This document shows, piece by piece, positions 41,685 to 53,900 of a stretch of DNA of 64,000 nucleotides (positions within the stretch are counted from its first letter, which is position 1; every line of letters begins with the position of its first letter). Under the pieces are notes generated by a model. That model was not told the DNA's origin. It did no database searches and was given only the letters and a program-made list of their open reading frames with translations. The position numbers were made by a program, and so were the translations under genes. The stretch is from Camelus ferus (lineage: Eukaryota). Location: NCBI RefSeq assembly GCF_009834535.1, contig NC_045696.1:97156001-97220000 (forward strand), read 5' to 3'.

Positions 41685-41874
41685 TTTTTTTTTTTTGGTG
41701 CCAATTTTAAATACAGTTTTACTTAAGACATTGCAATTTCCACTTACAATACAGTGCTCATAAAGTGCAATGTTACTTCCTTTCCCTGTGCACATATTCC
41801 ATGTTTAAGTATCAAGAATGCCCAGTTATTTACTACAGCAGCTCAACTTTAAAACTGCCATGGGATTTGCTACA
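41685..41874 (-). pseudogene. HSPA8: Processed pseudogene fragment: distal 3'UTR of HSPA8 (HSC70) with poly(A)
   Basis: Minus strand reads gtagcaaatcccatggcagttttaaagttgagctgctgtagtaaataactgggcattcttgatacttaaacatggaatatgtgcacagggaaaggaagtaacattgcacttt...gtaagtggaaattgcaatgtcttaagtaaaactgtatttaaaattggcacc(A)12, which I recognise from memory as the HSPA8 mRNA 3' end. No coding sequence present. Confidence 0.85.
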
Positions 41875-42517
41875 AGAATCAACATAGTTGCTTATCGTCA
41901 ACAAGCAATCAACATAATTGCTTATCTTCGAAATGCAAGTAGTGTGTAGTAGAGTGAGAATGCTGGTGTTTGAGGAAGTCGGACCCTCTCACTAATCAGG
42001 ATAACCATCATGACATCTACTATGCACCACTGTGCTATTTAAGTAGTCTCTCCTTTAATCCTCACAATAGCTCGACACTGTAACTATCACTTATTCCCAT
42101 TTTACAGAGGAGAAACCTGAGGCTCAAAGGGATGGTTCCCATGGGAAGTGGCAGAACATCCTAGGATCTATATGTATGTTTGGCTGGCTCTTAAGGCTCT
42201 GCTGTTTCTAATACACAATATTTATGCCCTACTTCGGAGCTCAGTCCTTAATTTAAGAAACATGATTTTAGATGGCTTGGAAATTTTTCTTTAAGTTTTA
42301 TACCTCATTAATGGTAATGTCAGGTATATTTTTAGGATTGTTATCAAATTTGGGAAATTCTCTCCTGAGTTTCTTTCATATATTAGCTATAAAATTTCAG
42401 AGCATTTCAAGTTTTCTTGGGTAGTGACTAATCTTAAATACTCCTTAATGACCCCCATTAATAGTTGGTTGCTGACACTCAAGTTGTAGTGGCATATTAT
42501 TAGTTTTTGTTATTCTT

Positions 42518-42930
42518 CAACATGGATGGACCTAGAGATTATGATATTAAGTGAAGTATATTAGAGAGAGAAAGACAAGTATCATATGATGTTGCTTATA
42601 TGTGGAATCTAAAAAAAAAAAAAAAAAAAATACAAACCAGAAATAGACTCATGGACATAGAAAGCAAACTGTGGTTATGAGGGGTGAAAGGGCAGGGAGG
42701 ATAGATTAGGAGTTTGGGATTAACAGATACACATTACTGTGTATAAAATGGATAAACAACATGGACATACTGTATAGCACAGGGAAATGTAACTTCTTAT
42801 AATGAGCTGTAATGGAAAAGAATCTGAATATATACATAAATATATATATATATCTGAACTCCTTTGCTGCACACCTGAAACACATTGTAAATTGACTACA
42901 CTTCAATGCAAAATAAGAATTAAAAAAAAA
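42518..42930 (+). mobile_element. 5'-truncated L1 3' end
   Basis: 'caacatggatggacctagagatt...atatgtggaatctaaaaa' ORF2 end, 3'UTR and A tail. Confidence 0.9.
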
Positions 42931-45900
42931 TCATTTACCTCTCTTAGTATCATCTAAACTTTTTTTTTTTGCTGCTATTTGCTTCTTTTTTAAAAAATAA
43001 ATTTCTATCACCCATGCTAGAGTAGAGACTAAATTATCTTTATGAGCCCTACATAGACAGATACATTATAAAATCATTGTCATATAAAGAGGCTATCAAA
43101 GTAGTCCCAAAAACAGGGGAAATAATTCTATTAAACCAGGCTTTTAATAAATAAAAATAACTTATTTTTCTGAAAAAACAACAACATTATTTTAAATTCT
43201 GACCTAAAGAGTCAATTCAATCAATAGTTTCAGAGAAGCATGGAATTCTGTGCTGCATATCATCAAGTCCCACCCCCACCCCCTTTCATTTATAGATGAG
43301 GAAACTCTCAGAGAGATTAGAGCACTTCCCAATAATTTAATGGTAATTTTAAAAAAACATGGGTAGTCCATACTGCTCATACGATTATTAAGTTAACTGT
43401 GCAGAGATTTTATTTCCCGAGGTCTAGATATTTGACTGTCCAATTGTTGAAATATGCCTTGGCCGACCAATTCAGTGTGTGGCTTGGGCCCAGGAGAACC
43501 AAACAAACCGAATTTGTAGCCCAAAAAAGTGCTATTTCCCCACCCACTGCCCCCAATCACTTTTGAATGTTGTTTTAAGGGGGAAAAATATGATTCTCTT
43601 ATAGATGAACAAAAACATTGGGTTTGTTGCCATCCAAGCTTTGGGTTTCAAGTTTTATAGTTAGTTATGGGATAGCAGTGTTCATAGTGAAAATTCAGTC
43701 TCTAGACCCACAGAGAATTGAGTCCATGTCACAATAACAGATGTGTAAGAGGGCTGGTTTGTCTTGGATGCAAACTCTGACATTTTGTGAGCATTCTGGA
43801 TTTGGTTCACTTAGGGAGCTGTCATTTACTGCCACAAGACCAATCTTTCTTAGCTAGAAATACAGTTAGATACTCCATTTCTGACACTTTCAGAAATTTC
43901 CTTGGCATTTTACCAAGAAATATCATTTATTTTGAAAGGAAAACAGCTCCCACATTTTTGGCTATAAATGACCCATTGACACTCTCCAACCTTGCTGGGC
44001 TCTGCCCTTAAGCAGAGGCCAGCGAGCCCTCCGCAAGCCCAGCCTCAGCCCAACGCGGGACCAGTGAGAAACGATGTGGGCCACTCAGGACCTCAGCTCC
44101 CCATTCTGGCAACACTGCTATGCCTTATCCCCATGACCAGACTTCAGCTGGTCCCTGGGCCTTCCCATGTCTCCTTCCCCGTGGCCTAATGCCCTCTTCT
44201 GATACCCTTCTTAAAGGTTCCATCCAGAGGTAGTGCAAAGCAGCGAAAAGAGTGCTAGCTTCAAAGTCAGATGGCCCTGGGTAAGGTTTCCATGCTAGGA
44301 CCCTCACGCTGGTTTGTGACGTTGGAGATTTTCTTTAGTCTCTGATCCTTTATTTCCTCACCTGTAAAATGGGGATAAAATATCTAATACGTAGTGTTGT
44401 TGTGAAGACTAAAGGAGATGGTATTTGTCTGACATCTAACACAAAACTTGGCTTGCAGTAGGTGCCCATAAGTCAGAGTTCTCCCTCTCAGTTACACATT
44501 AGAATCACAGGAAGCAGTTAAAAAAAATACATGTGCTCAAGACCCCTGACCCAATTTCTAGAAGCTCCCCATGTGAATCTAATATACAGCCAGGCTCATG
44601 CACCCACCATCATGTTTTTCTCTCCCTTGGTTTTGCAGTTTCTTATAGAAATGAAAATTCAATCTCGAATAATCTAGAACAGTTCTTTTTCTGGAGTCTG
44701 ACTCAGGACATGCTACTCCAGGTTCAAAACCTTTGTAATGTCTTCAAATTATTTCCTGGTATATGGTTGTTACTACTACATATAATGAATTCCTTCTTTT
44801 GTGCCAGACCTTTTAAAATATTCGTTAAAATATTTAACTCTCAATTCATCTTAATTTATCCCTATGAGGTAAATTATATTATTGTCCCCATTATACAGAG
44901 CAAGTAAGTCATAAATGTACATTCATTCTTTTAACAAATACTACATACCATAAATATTATGTGTCAGCCACTGCTCTTGGTGATGCATCAAAGAGATAAC
45001 TCTAGTTGAAAGAAGTTGCCTGAGTCACAAAATTTTCAGTAAGAAAGGGACCCCAGACTCAACCCCAGACTGCCTGACTCAAAGTGCACTTTCCACCCTG
45101 TAGCAGGCACCGGGAAAGGGGGTTCTTGTTTAATCATTCATTCAACCCTCACCCTCCAGGGGGCACTACTCACACCATACTCTGCCTGAATGGTGCTCCC
45201 TGGAGTTGTGCAAACCAGGGGCCCCGCCTTTTCTATCACTACCATACTACAGATGGGGAACCAAGGCACATGGAGAGTCTTAGGGTCACAATGCTAGTAA
45301 GTGCCTCCCAAGACTCAGGCTGGTTTGCAGGTTTCCAACGGACAAGTTGTCCATCTTCCATGTGGGCCATTGCCTAATAGGCTGTAAGTGTTTGAGCCAC
45401 ATTGAACAATGGCTGAGCGGTGCCTGGCAGGGCCCTTCTGAGGGAGTCAGTGCCCTAAGGGACTAGGGCAGGTAGCGAGTCTCATGGCTGTGGATTCCAA
45501 GCAGATGCCAACCCTAAGCATGTGGTGATTGTGCGTCTCCATGATTATATTTAGCTTGTATTGCATCACATACTCAACCAAACATTGAAACACAGTGCCT
45601 GCGTCCAAAGAACTAAATATACAAAAAGAGAGAGCAGGGGATGTGCCAGGAGGAAGAGAGTGAGCCTCCTCTTTCCATGCTGTCTGGGGGTTCTGGTTTG
45701 TACTGAGAACTGTTATCAGATACTGAATCAATACTTAATGCCTTTTGTTTTCTTACCGGTGGGTCCGGTGGAAAGCCATGGCCTTGAGAGCCTGATAATG
45801 TGGCTCTCTGTCCACTGATTCCTCAGGTACATTGACCTGTAAGCAGCCAGAAGTCTTGATCAGTTGAAGCCAGCCTCATTCAGAAAGCCTAGAACTCTGG

Positions 45901-48900
45901 TTCTCGAAATGTAGTGGGCATCAGAATGATCCACAGAGCGTGTTAAGACACACATTGCTGGGCCTTATTCCCAGAGTTTCTAATTTATTTGCATTTCTAA
46001 CAAGTTCCCTGGTGATGTCATTGCTGCCTGTCTGGAGACCACGCTTTTAGAACTTCTGGTCTCCAAAAACAAGGTAGTTCCATGGTTACTAGAGGGGCCC
46101 AAATCTAAGACTAAAAAGCTAGGGGAAGAGTTCAGTACTACTTATGCAGAAATGAGTTGGCATGTACATTTGCAGCTTGTACATGCATAGGCTATTTCTG
46201 GATGGTTATTTAAAAAAAGCACGAACAATTGTTGTCAGGGAGGTGGGGTTGGGGATCGGGTGCTTTGTTGATTGTTCTCTGGGTCTATACCCAACCCCAA
46301 CACCTCCTTAGATCATTTTCCTTCTCTGCTCTGTTCCTTTCAGAGAGTCTGTCCTCCACAGCCTCCATCATCCAGTTTCCCTTGATGGTTGATTTCCTCT
46401 TAGATTTGGCCAATGCGGAGGCACCAGCAGCTGACCTGGGGGTGGGAAGAGAGGCAGATTGAGAGATTTCCTGCATACTCTCTCCCCGGTTTGGTACAGC
46501 ATCTGGAACACGGATAACCCCAGTTCTCACTGGGCCCACTAACACCATTCCCCCACGTCCCTTTTTTATCCCCTTAACCTACCCACACCTCTGTGACTGG
46601 TCCTTTTATTAACATCTCTGAACGTGAACCTTCTGGAGGTGAATTTTGTTTTCTGCCAGGATCCTGACTGAGAAAGATGGGAAACTTACTAATCACTGTA
46701 TATCCTTTTGTATCCTTCAAATATTTTGCCATGTGCCTGTAATACCTGTTCAGAAAATGCAAAGATTAAAAAAATAAATCATAGAAATGAATATTCGATC
46801 TTGAATAATCTAGATCAAAGTTTCAAAAAGAATTGCTGGTGAATTGGTCTACTTCAGCACTTAATGTCCTGTCATCTTGTTTGGCTTTAATCAGATGCCA
46901 ACAAGGAATCATTATTTATACTCATATATTCCAGCCCTGTCAGTACAGCTATGGTGAAAGCTTCTGGAGGGCCAGGTTTACAGCTGATGTCTCTGCAGTG
47001 CACCCGGTGTCTGGGTAGCCAGGGTATAATATGGTGGAAAGGACATTTTAGCTTGGGAATCACACTAAATTCAAATCACATCTGCCACTTGGTTGCTTTG
47101 ATTGCATGAATCTCCTGACCCTCCTGAGTTCTTAAAGGGGACTCATCACATCACACAAAGGATCTATACTGTTTGGACATGGCCTCTTGGACACCATGAA
47201 CATTAATTAGCACTTTTACATTTTTTCATGAGCCTAAGAAGCAAACCATGAAACCCTTAGCTGTTTCATTCCAACGTATGTACACAACATACCCTCACCC
47301 CATGCCCGAGCCACACTGGCTGGAGGAGGGTGGCCCAGGGGTCAAGCATGGGAAAAGGCTTGGATCTAAGACACTGAGATTTAGAGGACACAAAAATTGT
47401 AAATAATGACTTTGAAAGCTTAACATCTATTTAGCAAGAGTAACGGTGTAAAGCGGGAAGCCGCCAGATGGTGTGCGCTGTTAATAATGCCCATCTGTGA
47501 GCCTTATCATGATTATAAAGTCGATTTGGAGGAGAACATCTCCTGCTGTTTGCCCCAGGTGCCAACATGTCTCCTTACAGCTCTGGGGGCCAGGTAGGGG
47601 GTGAGACAGGCTGAAGTGCGTGTTGCTTCAAAATAATATTATATACTATTTTTGCATAACAATATAAAAACCCTGAATGCTTTTTTTTTAAGTTGCAAAG
47701 TATCTGTGGCATCCAGAGGGCCATGTCAGAACACCCTGCTTCATGCCTAAGCCTGCCTCCAGGAGCACAGAAATGGCTGGCTGTAGGAAGGGCTGCCTGT
47801 CTCTGGTGCTATCTTAGGTCAGTTCCTGACCTTTTGCCCTCGTTCTTGTGGCCCTGGCTTCTGAGCCTCTTCACCTTGACCTGGGTTCCTGACAAGGGCC
47901 CCAGATTCTCTGGCATTAAAGGCCAGTTTGATCCTGCTTCTCCACCTTGACCCTGCAGACTCTCCCTGCCTGGTGTCACAGCTGCAGGTAACAGGTGTTT
48001 CCCCGCTTCCTCCTTGGTCTCTCAGGACCAGGTCACCTGGATGCGTAGCCTGAAGGCTCTGGCAGGAGAGGAGACTAGATACGGAGCAGGTTCCTTAAAT
48101 CTCAGAGGCCCAGTTTCTTCATCTGAATCAATACTTCTCTGAGGAGGGACAGTAAAGGCTGATATAAAGCACATGGTGGAGGGTGGTGATGGGGGCAGAG
48201 CAGGGCACTCCTCATTGCAGCCCTGGGACAGTCTGCGGGCTATTTACACACCACAAGCATACTCCTTCCCTTGCTTTCTGTCTCACCTGCAGCGAAGCAA
48301 TAACTCAGTACTTCCCCTGCAAAACCCCTTCACTATCCGCACACATAGGGGTCTTCCTTTCCAGAATCCTTGTGGGTATAGCACCCGCCTGACTCTGCTT
48401 TGCCTTATGCTGCTCTATTATCTTCACTTGTGTTTCTCAGAGGTTAGAAAAGCTCTGGAGAGCCATGCCTTCTATGTCTTGCATCTTCTCCCGTGCTGTG
48501 TCTGACCCAGAGTTGGGAAGGCAGAGAGAACTTAGTGATTCCTGTTCACCGTGCATCTTGTCCTAGTATGCAGTGGTTCTCCACCCTCACAATGACCAGA
48601 ATCACCTGGGAAACTTTAAAATATGCAGAATTCTCAGGCCGTTCTGGAATGGAGCCTGCCTGTGGGTGTTTGTTTAAAATCTCCCCCAGTGAGTCTAAGG
48701 CACAGCTAAGAGCACTCTGAACCAGGATGACTTTTGTCCTCAGCTGTGCTTAGCTCCCCTGCCACTTCAATTTGTCTGCTGGCTGTGCTTTCTCCATTTT
48801 AATATTTCACATTGTATCTTACAAGGGAAATTGCAACCCTCAGCTCCTTGCTGCTAGAATATGCAAGGAATCGTCTCTTAGGCAAGCGAAAACTTTCTAC

Positions 48901-49929
48901 CATTACCTCATTGGACGGAGAGTCAAGCTGTAAAAAGCCAGCTGAGTAATTCCCTTCAAAATGAGACTCTCATTAATCAATGAGCCGCCCTCCAGGCACC
49001 TGTGTGAAGCCTTGCACTCACCATGTGTGACATTCTGCTTCCTTCCCTCATATAAATCAGACAGAAGAGCTAGCAAACAACAAAGACCAAAGGTACTTTT
49101 GCATATTGGGGTCGCCAATAAGTAATGATAAAAGAATAGGGAAAGGGGGAAAAATAAGAATGATGAATTAATGAGGTCATTATGACAAAATTACTTAATG
49201 GCAAATATGTGAAAGTGAATTAATGAGGCTTTGATGGCATTTATCTCAGTGAATTCCATATCTCCTGGAAAACTTTTAAGAATATTCCATTTGGAAGACT
49301 TTCTGCTAACAAGACAGGGAAAACAGCCTTGAGGAATATTTTTCTCATTCTCTTCTTGGTTTACTGCAGTTTTAATTACTGGTAAAATGAAACCATGAGG
49401 TTGAAAAAAAAAAACTCAATAACCCACAGAACTCTTAAGGAGCCAAAGTGCTTTTAAATGAACACTTTTGTAAGATAGCTAAAACAAAGGAAAAAAAGGA
49501 AACTGTGAGGAAGTGTACACTATATTCATAGAACTCTCTCTAAATTATGTTTTTCAAAATTTTCCATCAGGCACCAATAAGTTTTAAAATGTTCTGTCAA
49601 ATTCATTTTGTTAACAATTGCTTTAAAAGGAGTTCTGTTTATCTGTTCAGAGCCAAGAGAGCTCATTTACTTTGTTATAAACTGTGGAGCTGTTTCACTC
49701 AGGATTTATTATGTCAACTTTTTCTCTGCAGTGTACAGTTCTCTAGAATTAAATAATTTCCTTCTGTGCCTACCCACTTATTTTTTTCATGAGCAAAATG
49801 TTCGTTGTTGATGAATCTTTGATATTGAATGAGTTGCATTTTTCCTTGGAAATCATTTCAGGACATTGTTTTTATTAGTTTGCCAATTTTCTTCTACAGA
49901 GAAGCCCACTAGGTGCCACACACTGCTCA

Positions 49930-50940
49930 CACACCCAGAGCTTTCACACATCTTAATTCCTCCCTCTGAAATATGAACAGAGGCCAAGGATCAACGACAT
50001 TGAGAAAATTCTCCAATATGAAAGAAAGTGACCCCAAAACAAATATACAGGCTAAAGGAATGTAGACCAGTGAGAGATAATAAAGAAAGCAGAAGAAAAT
50101 ATTGAAACAATTACAATTCATTTCCCCCAGGAGAAAAGAAGCTATTGTATTCATTAAAAAAAAAATCAAACCCGGGAAAAAGGATATAATGAAATAACAA
50201 GGAGGAGCTCACCGAGATTAAAACTGTAATAGCCAAACAGGAAGTTTTCAGTAAAGAGTGAGATGGTAAAGGCAAGGCAGTCAACTCCAAGTAGAACGAA
50301 AAGAAGCAAACAAATAAGCAATAAAAGAGAAAAAATAAGAGATGACTTAGGAGGTCTAATAGCCACATCTAATTCAGAAACAGAAAACAAAATATGTATA
50401 TATATAGAGAAGAGGGAAATTATACAAAAATATTTCAGAATTGAAGGATGTGAGTTTTAGATGGAAAGAGCTGGTCCTCAGGAAGTTCATCATGGTGGGG
50501 TTGGTAAGGGATGGGAGGAACTAAGACAAATCATCTGAAAATTCTAGAACACCCAGGGATAAGAAAAGATCTTAAAGCTTCTGCTGGTTATTTCTTTCAA
50601 GTTTACATTTAATGGACCAAGAATCAAAATGACTTCAGCTTTATCAAGAGCAATGCTAGATACTAGAAGGCAATGGAGAGATGCCATCAAAATTCTAAGA
50701 GGATTCAAAAATTTAACTCTTATCAACCCTTTCTTGGGAAAGTATTGAAGGACATATATACCAGCAAAAATAGGAGATGAGCTAAGAAATAAGAAGCCAT
50801 TGAATCAAAGAAACAAGGAATCCATCGTGAGGGAATGGTGATGGGAAGTCCCAGAAAGAGGGGGAGGGGAAGTCCAAGGCCAACATCTGTGGCCAGATTG
50901 GAGCAGGTCACAGATCTCTGAAAGTTCTCCAGACAAATAA
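49930..50940 (+). mobile_element. Old L1M/HAL1-like 5' region (ORF1 remnant)
   Basis: A-rich; 'gaatcaaaatgacttcagctttatcaagagcaatgctagatactagaaggcaatggagagatgcc' resembles the ORF1 'IRLTxDFSxxTLxARRQW' region. Confidence 0.6.
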
Positions 50941-53900
50941 ATAAGTAAATAAAAAGGAATTTACGATGGAATGGAATGATGGTTCCAATATAGTACTGGT
51001 TAGCAGTTTCAGTTGCTCCATATCTTTGCAAATACTTGATATTATCAGTTCTTCTCCTTTTTTTTTTTTTATTTTTTTTTTATTTTAGCCATCTAGTGTG
51101 TGTGTACTGGTATCTCATTGCGGTAATTTTTATTTGCATTTCACTGACGACTAATGATGTTAGGTACCTTTTCATTTTTTTTTAATGGGTATTTGGATAT
51201 CTTCTTCTTGCCTGTTCAAGCCTTTTGCCCATCTTTTAAATGGTGTTGTCTTGCTTTTTGTAGGAATTCTTTATATATTCTGGATTGAGTGTTCTGTCAG
51301 GCTTGCCTATATACTCTGTTAAAGGTGTCTTTTCATAAATAGAAGGTCTTTGTAAAGTCCCATTTATCAGTCTTCTCCTTTATGGTTCATGCTTTTTAAT
51401 ATCCTGTTGATGGTGGGGTTTTCATTCTCAAATTAGGATTATTCCATGCATTTTTTAACAACATTTTTTAACTTACCAACACACTGCAAAACAACTTAAC
51501 ATCATATTTCTTCAAGAAGTATTTTAGATGGCTGCATAATATTCCATTGTATGTATGTATCATTCCTTACATAACTCAACACTTACTTTTGTACATTCAG
51601 ATTGCTTTAAACATTACTTAAACGAGATTATAAAGTTAATAAATGTATTACAAATTAGAAACCCAAGATTTTTCGATCTAAGTTGACTAATTCCAATCTT
51701 CATTACTTGAGTATATATGGAGCACCCAATGTTTCCTCAGCATTGTGCTGAATACTCTAGAGAATACAAGAGAAAGCATAAGGTAAGAACTGTCCCCCAA
51801 GGAGCTGACAATATATTTGGTGGCCCCAAACTTCACCTGTTAGCAATTAAGGGATCACTGATTGCTCAACTGTTAATAACTATATGTGGAATAGGAATAA
51901 GATAGGGGGAAGCAATGTGGGCTGGAGGAGTTGGCATCAAGGAAGAAATGGGTCTTAAAGCTTCTTCCCATGTTGGGGGTGAGCACTCCACAGTGTGGGG
52001 GCCGCATAATCAAAGGTGCGGAGTCAGGAAGAAGCACTGTGTGTCTCAAAGACAGAGGAGTTGCTCTGAGTTGAGTGTAAGGATAAATGTTGATGAGTTG
52101 TGGGAAATAAGACTGAATAAGTAAGACAAAGCCACACTGATGAGGGCTTTGGCATGAGGATTTTTGGATTTGGTTCCACAGGAAATAGGTAGACTGTAGC
52201 TGGAGGTGAGGAGATGGGGTGGGTGTGAGGTTGGGAGCTGGGCCATTAAATGGCAATTTCTGTAAGCTTCTTAAGGTTACCAGTGGGGTGAAGAGAGAGG
52301 AGTCAGAAAGACATTACAGTTTATAGAAATAATCCAAAGGCTAGGTCATATTATCTTGAAATAAAAATTTGCATCTAATACAATTTTTCAAAGAAACAGA
52401 AAACTGGATATTTGCCTCCATACTCTCTTGTTTGATTCTGATACCTGGAGATATTTTTAATGGCATTTCAAAAAAATAATAAAGCATCATGACAATAATT
52501 ACTGAGAGATCAGTGATGAGCGTTGTCTCTAAAAAACTTCTCTATACATGGGAAAGGTTATGATTCTTGGGAAAAAAATCAAACAGAGCTTTTATACTTT
52601 ACTTATATAGAGAAGTACTAGAACATAGTGGTCTGGGTTCAAATTCTAGCTATGTCATGTAGAGAAGTCATTTAACCTTCCTAAACCTCAGTTTCCTCAT
52701 CTGTAAAATGGGGATAGAGATAATGCGAAAAATACCTGTCACATAATAAATGTTTATTTTTATCCCGTGAGGTAAATGTTAGTATGTTCATAGATTCATT
52801 AATTAAAATATTGGCTGCATAGAGCTAATTTATATTAGAAAGAATACCATCATTTATTGTAGTGGTAAATGAGGAGTTAAAGGATGTTAAGAGTAATAAT
52901 AAGGAATGAATGATGGGAAATTTAATCAAGGCACCATCTAAGGACAAAGCACCATTCTTTGGTTTTGCTTCTATTATAACTGTAGCATTATTAATAGTAA
53001 TAAAGTGCTTGGTTTCTATAGAGCTCAGGACTTGGAAACAAAGCCAAGTGACATATGTATATATTTATTTAATGGTGGGAGACCTGGCACATTTGGTGAC
53101 AGGCACGGTGTTCCACTCAGTGGGATGAGATGCGTGCCTCACGCCAGCTTCTTTAGAGGGACTGTTATTCATCACAGCTGTAATGTTCCCTTGAGAGAGC
53201 TCCCACCAGAATGGAAAAGGTGCACTGGCAATTTATATACAAAAGCCAACCCACGTTTGGCTTTGAAAATTCACTGGGAAAACTGTATGCAGTCTGTTAG
53301 TTATTCACGGACATGCTCTGGTTTCTGATGGAAGTGCTGCGGTTTCGTCTGTTATCATCACAGTAAAATTAGAAAGCAGCAAAGAAAAATTAAAGGACTG
53401 GCATGTAGACATCTTCTAGCCAACAAATCGTTATGTGTAAGTTTTCATGATTCAGTGGCTATGTAAAAATAGTCATAATTCACGCAGCCATGTGTTTGGA
53501 GTGTGCAAACTGGCCTTTGCCCGGATTGTCCAGCCTTGCCCCCACCTGACTTTAGTAAAATTATATAGTCATCTCTGCCCTAGGAACACTCAACATGCCC
53601 TGCAGAGCCACTAAGGGTATGGGATGGGCTAACACCCTGCCTCCACAGCAGCGCCATTTATGTCAACTTTATTGGAACATCACTTAACATCTAATGTAGT
53701 GGCGTAACTGAAAATATAAATGTGCAAATTGCTTCACAGTTGAACTTTGATTCAAAAGGAATATTATCTCCAACTAACCTTTCAGCCAGAATAGTCTCCC
53801 ACCGCTTAGTTAGACAGGTGCCTAAATATGGACACCAAGGTTTCTCCCCAAATAACATATTATCTCACATCTGCAGAGGGACGATATGCTATTCTAAAAG

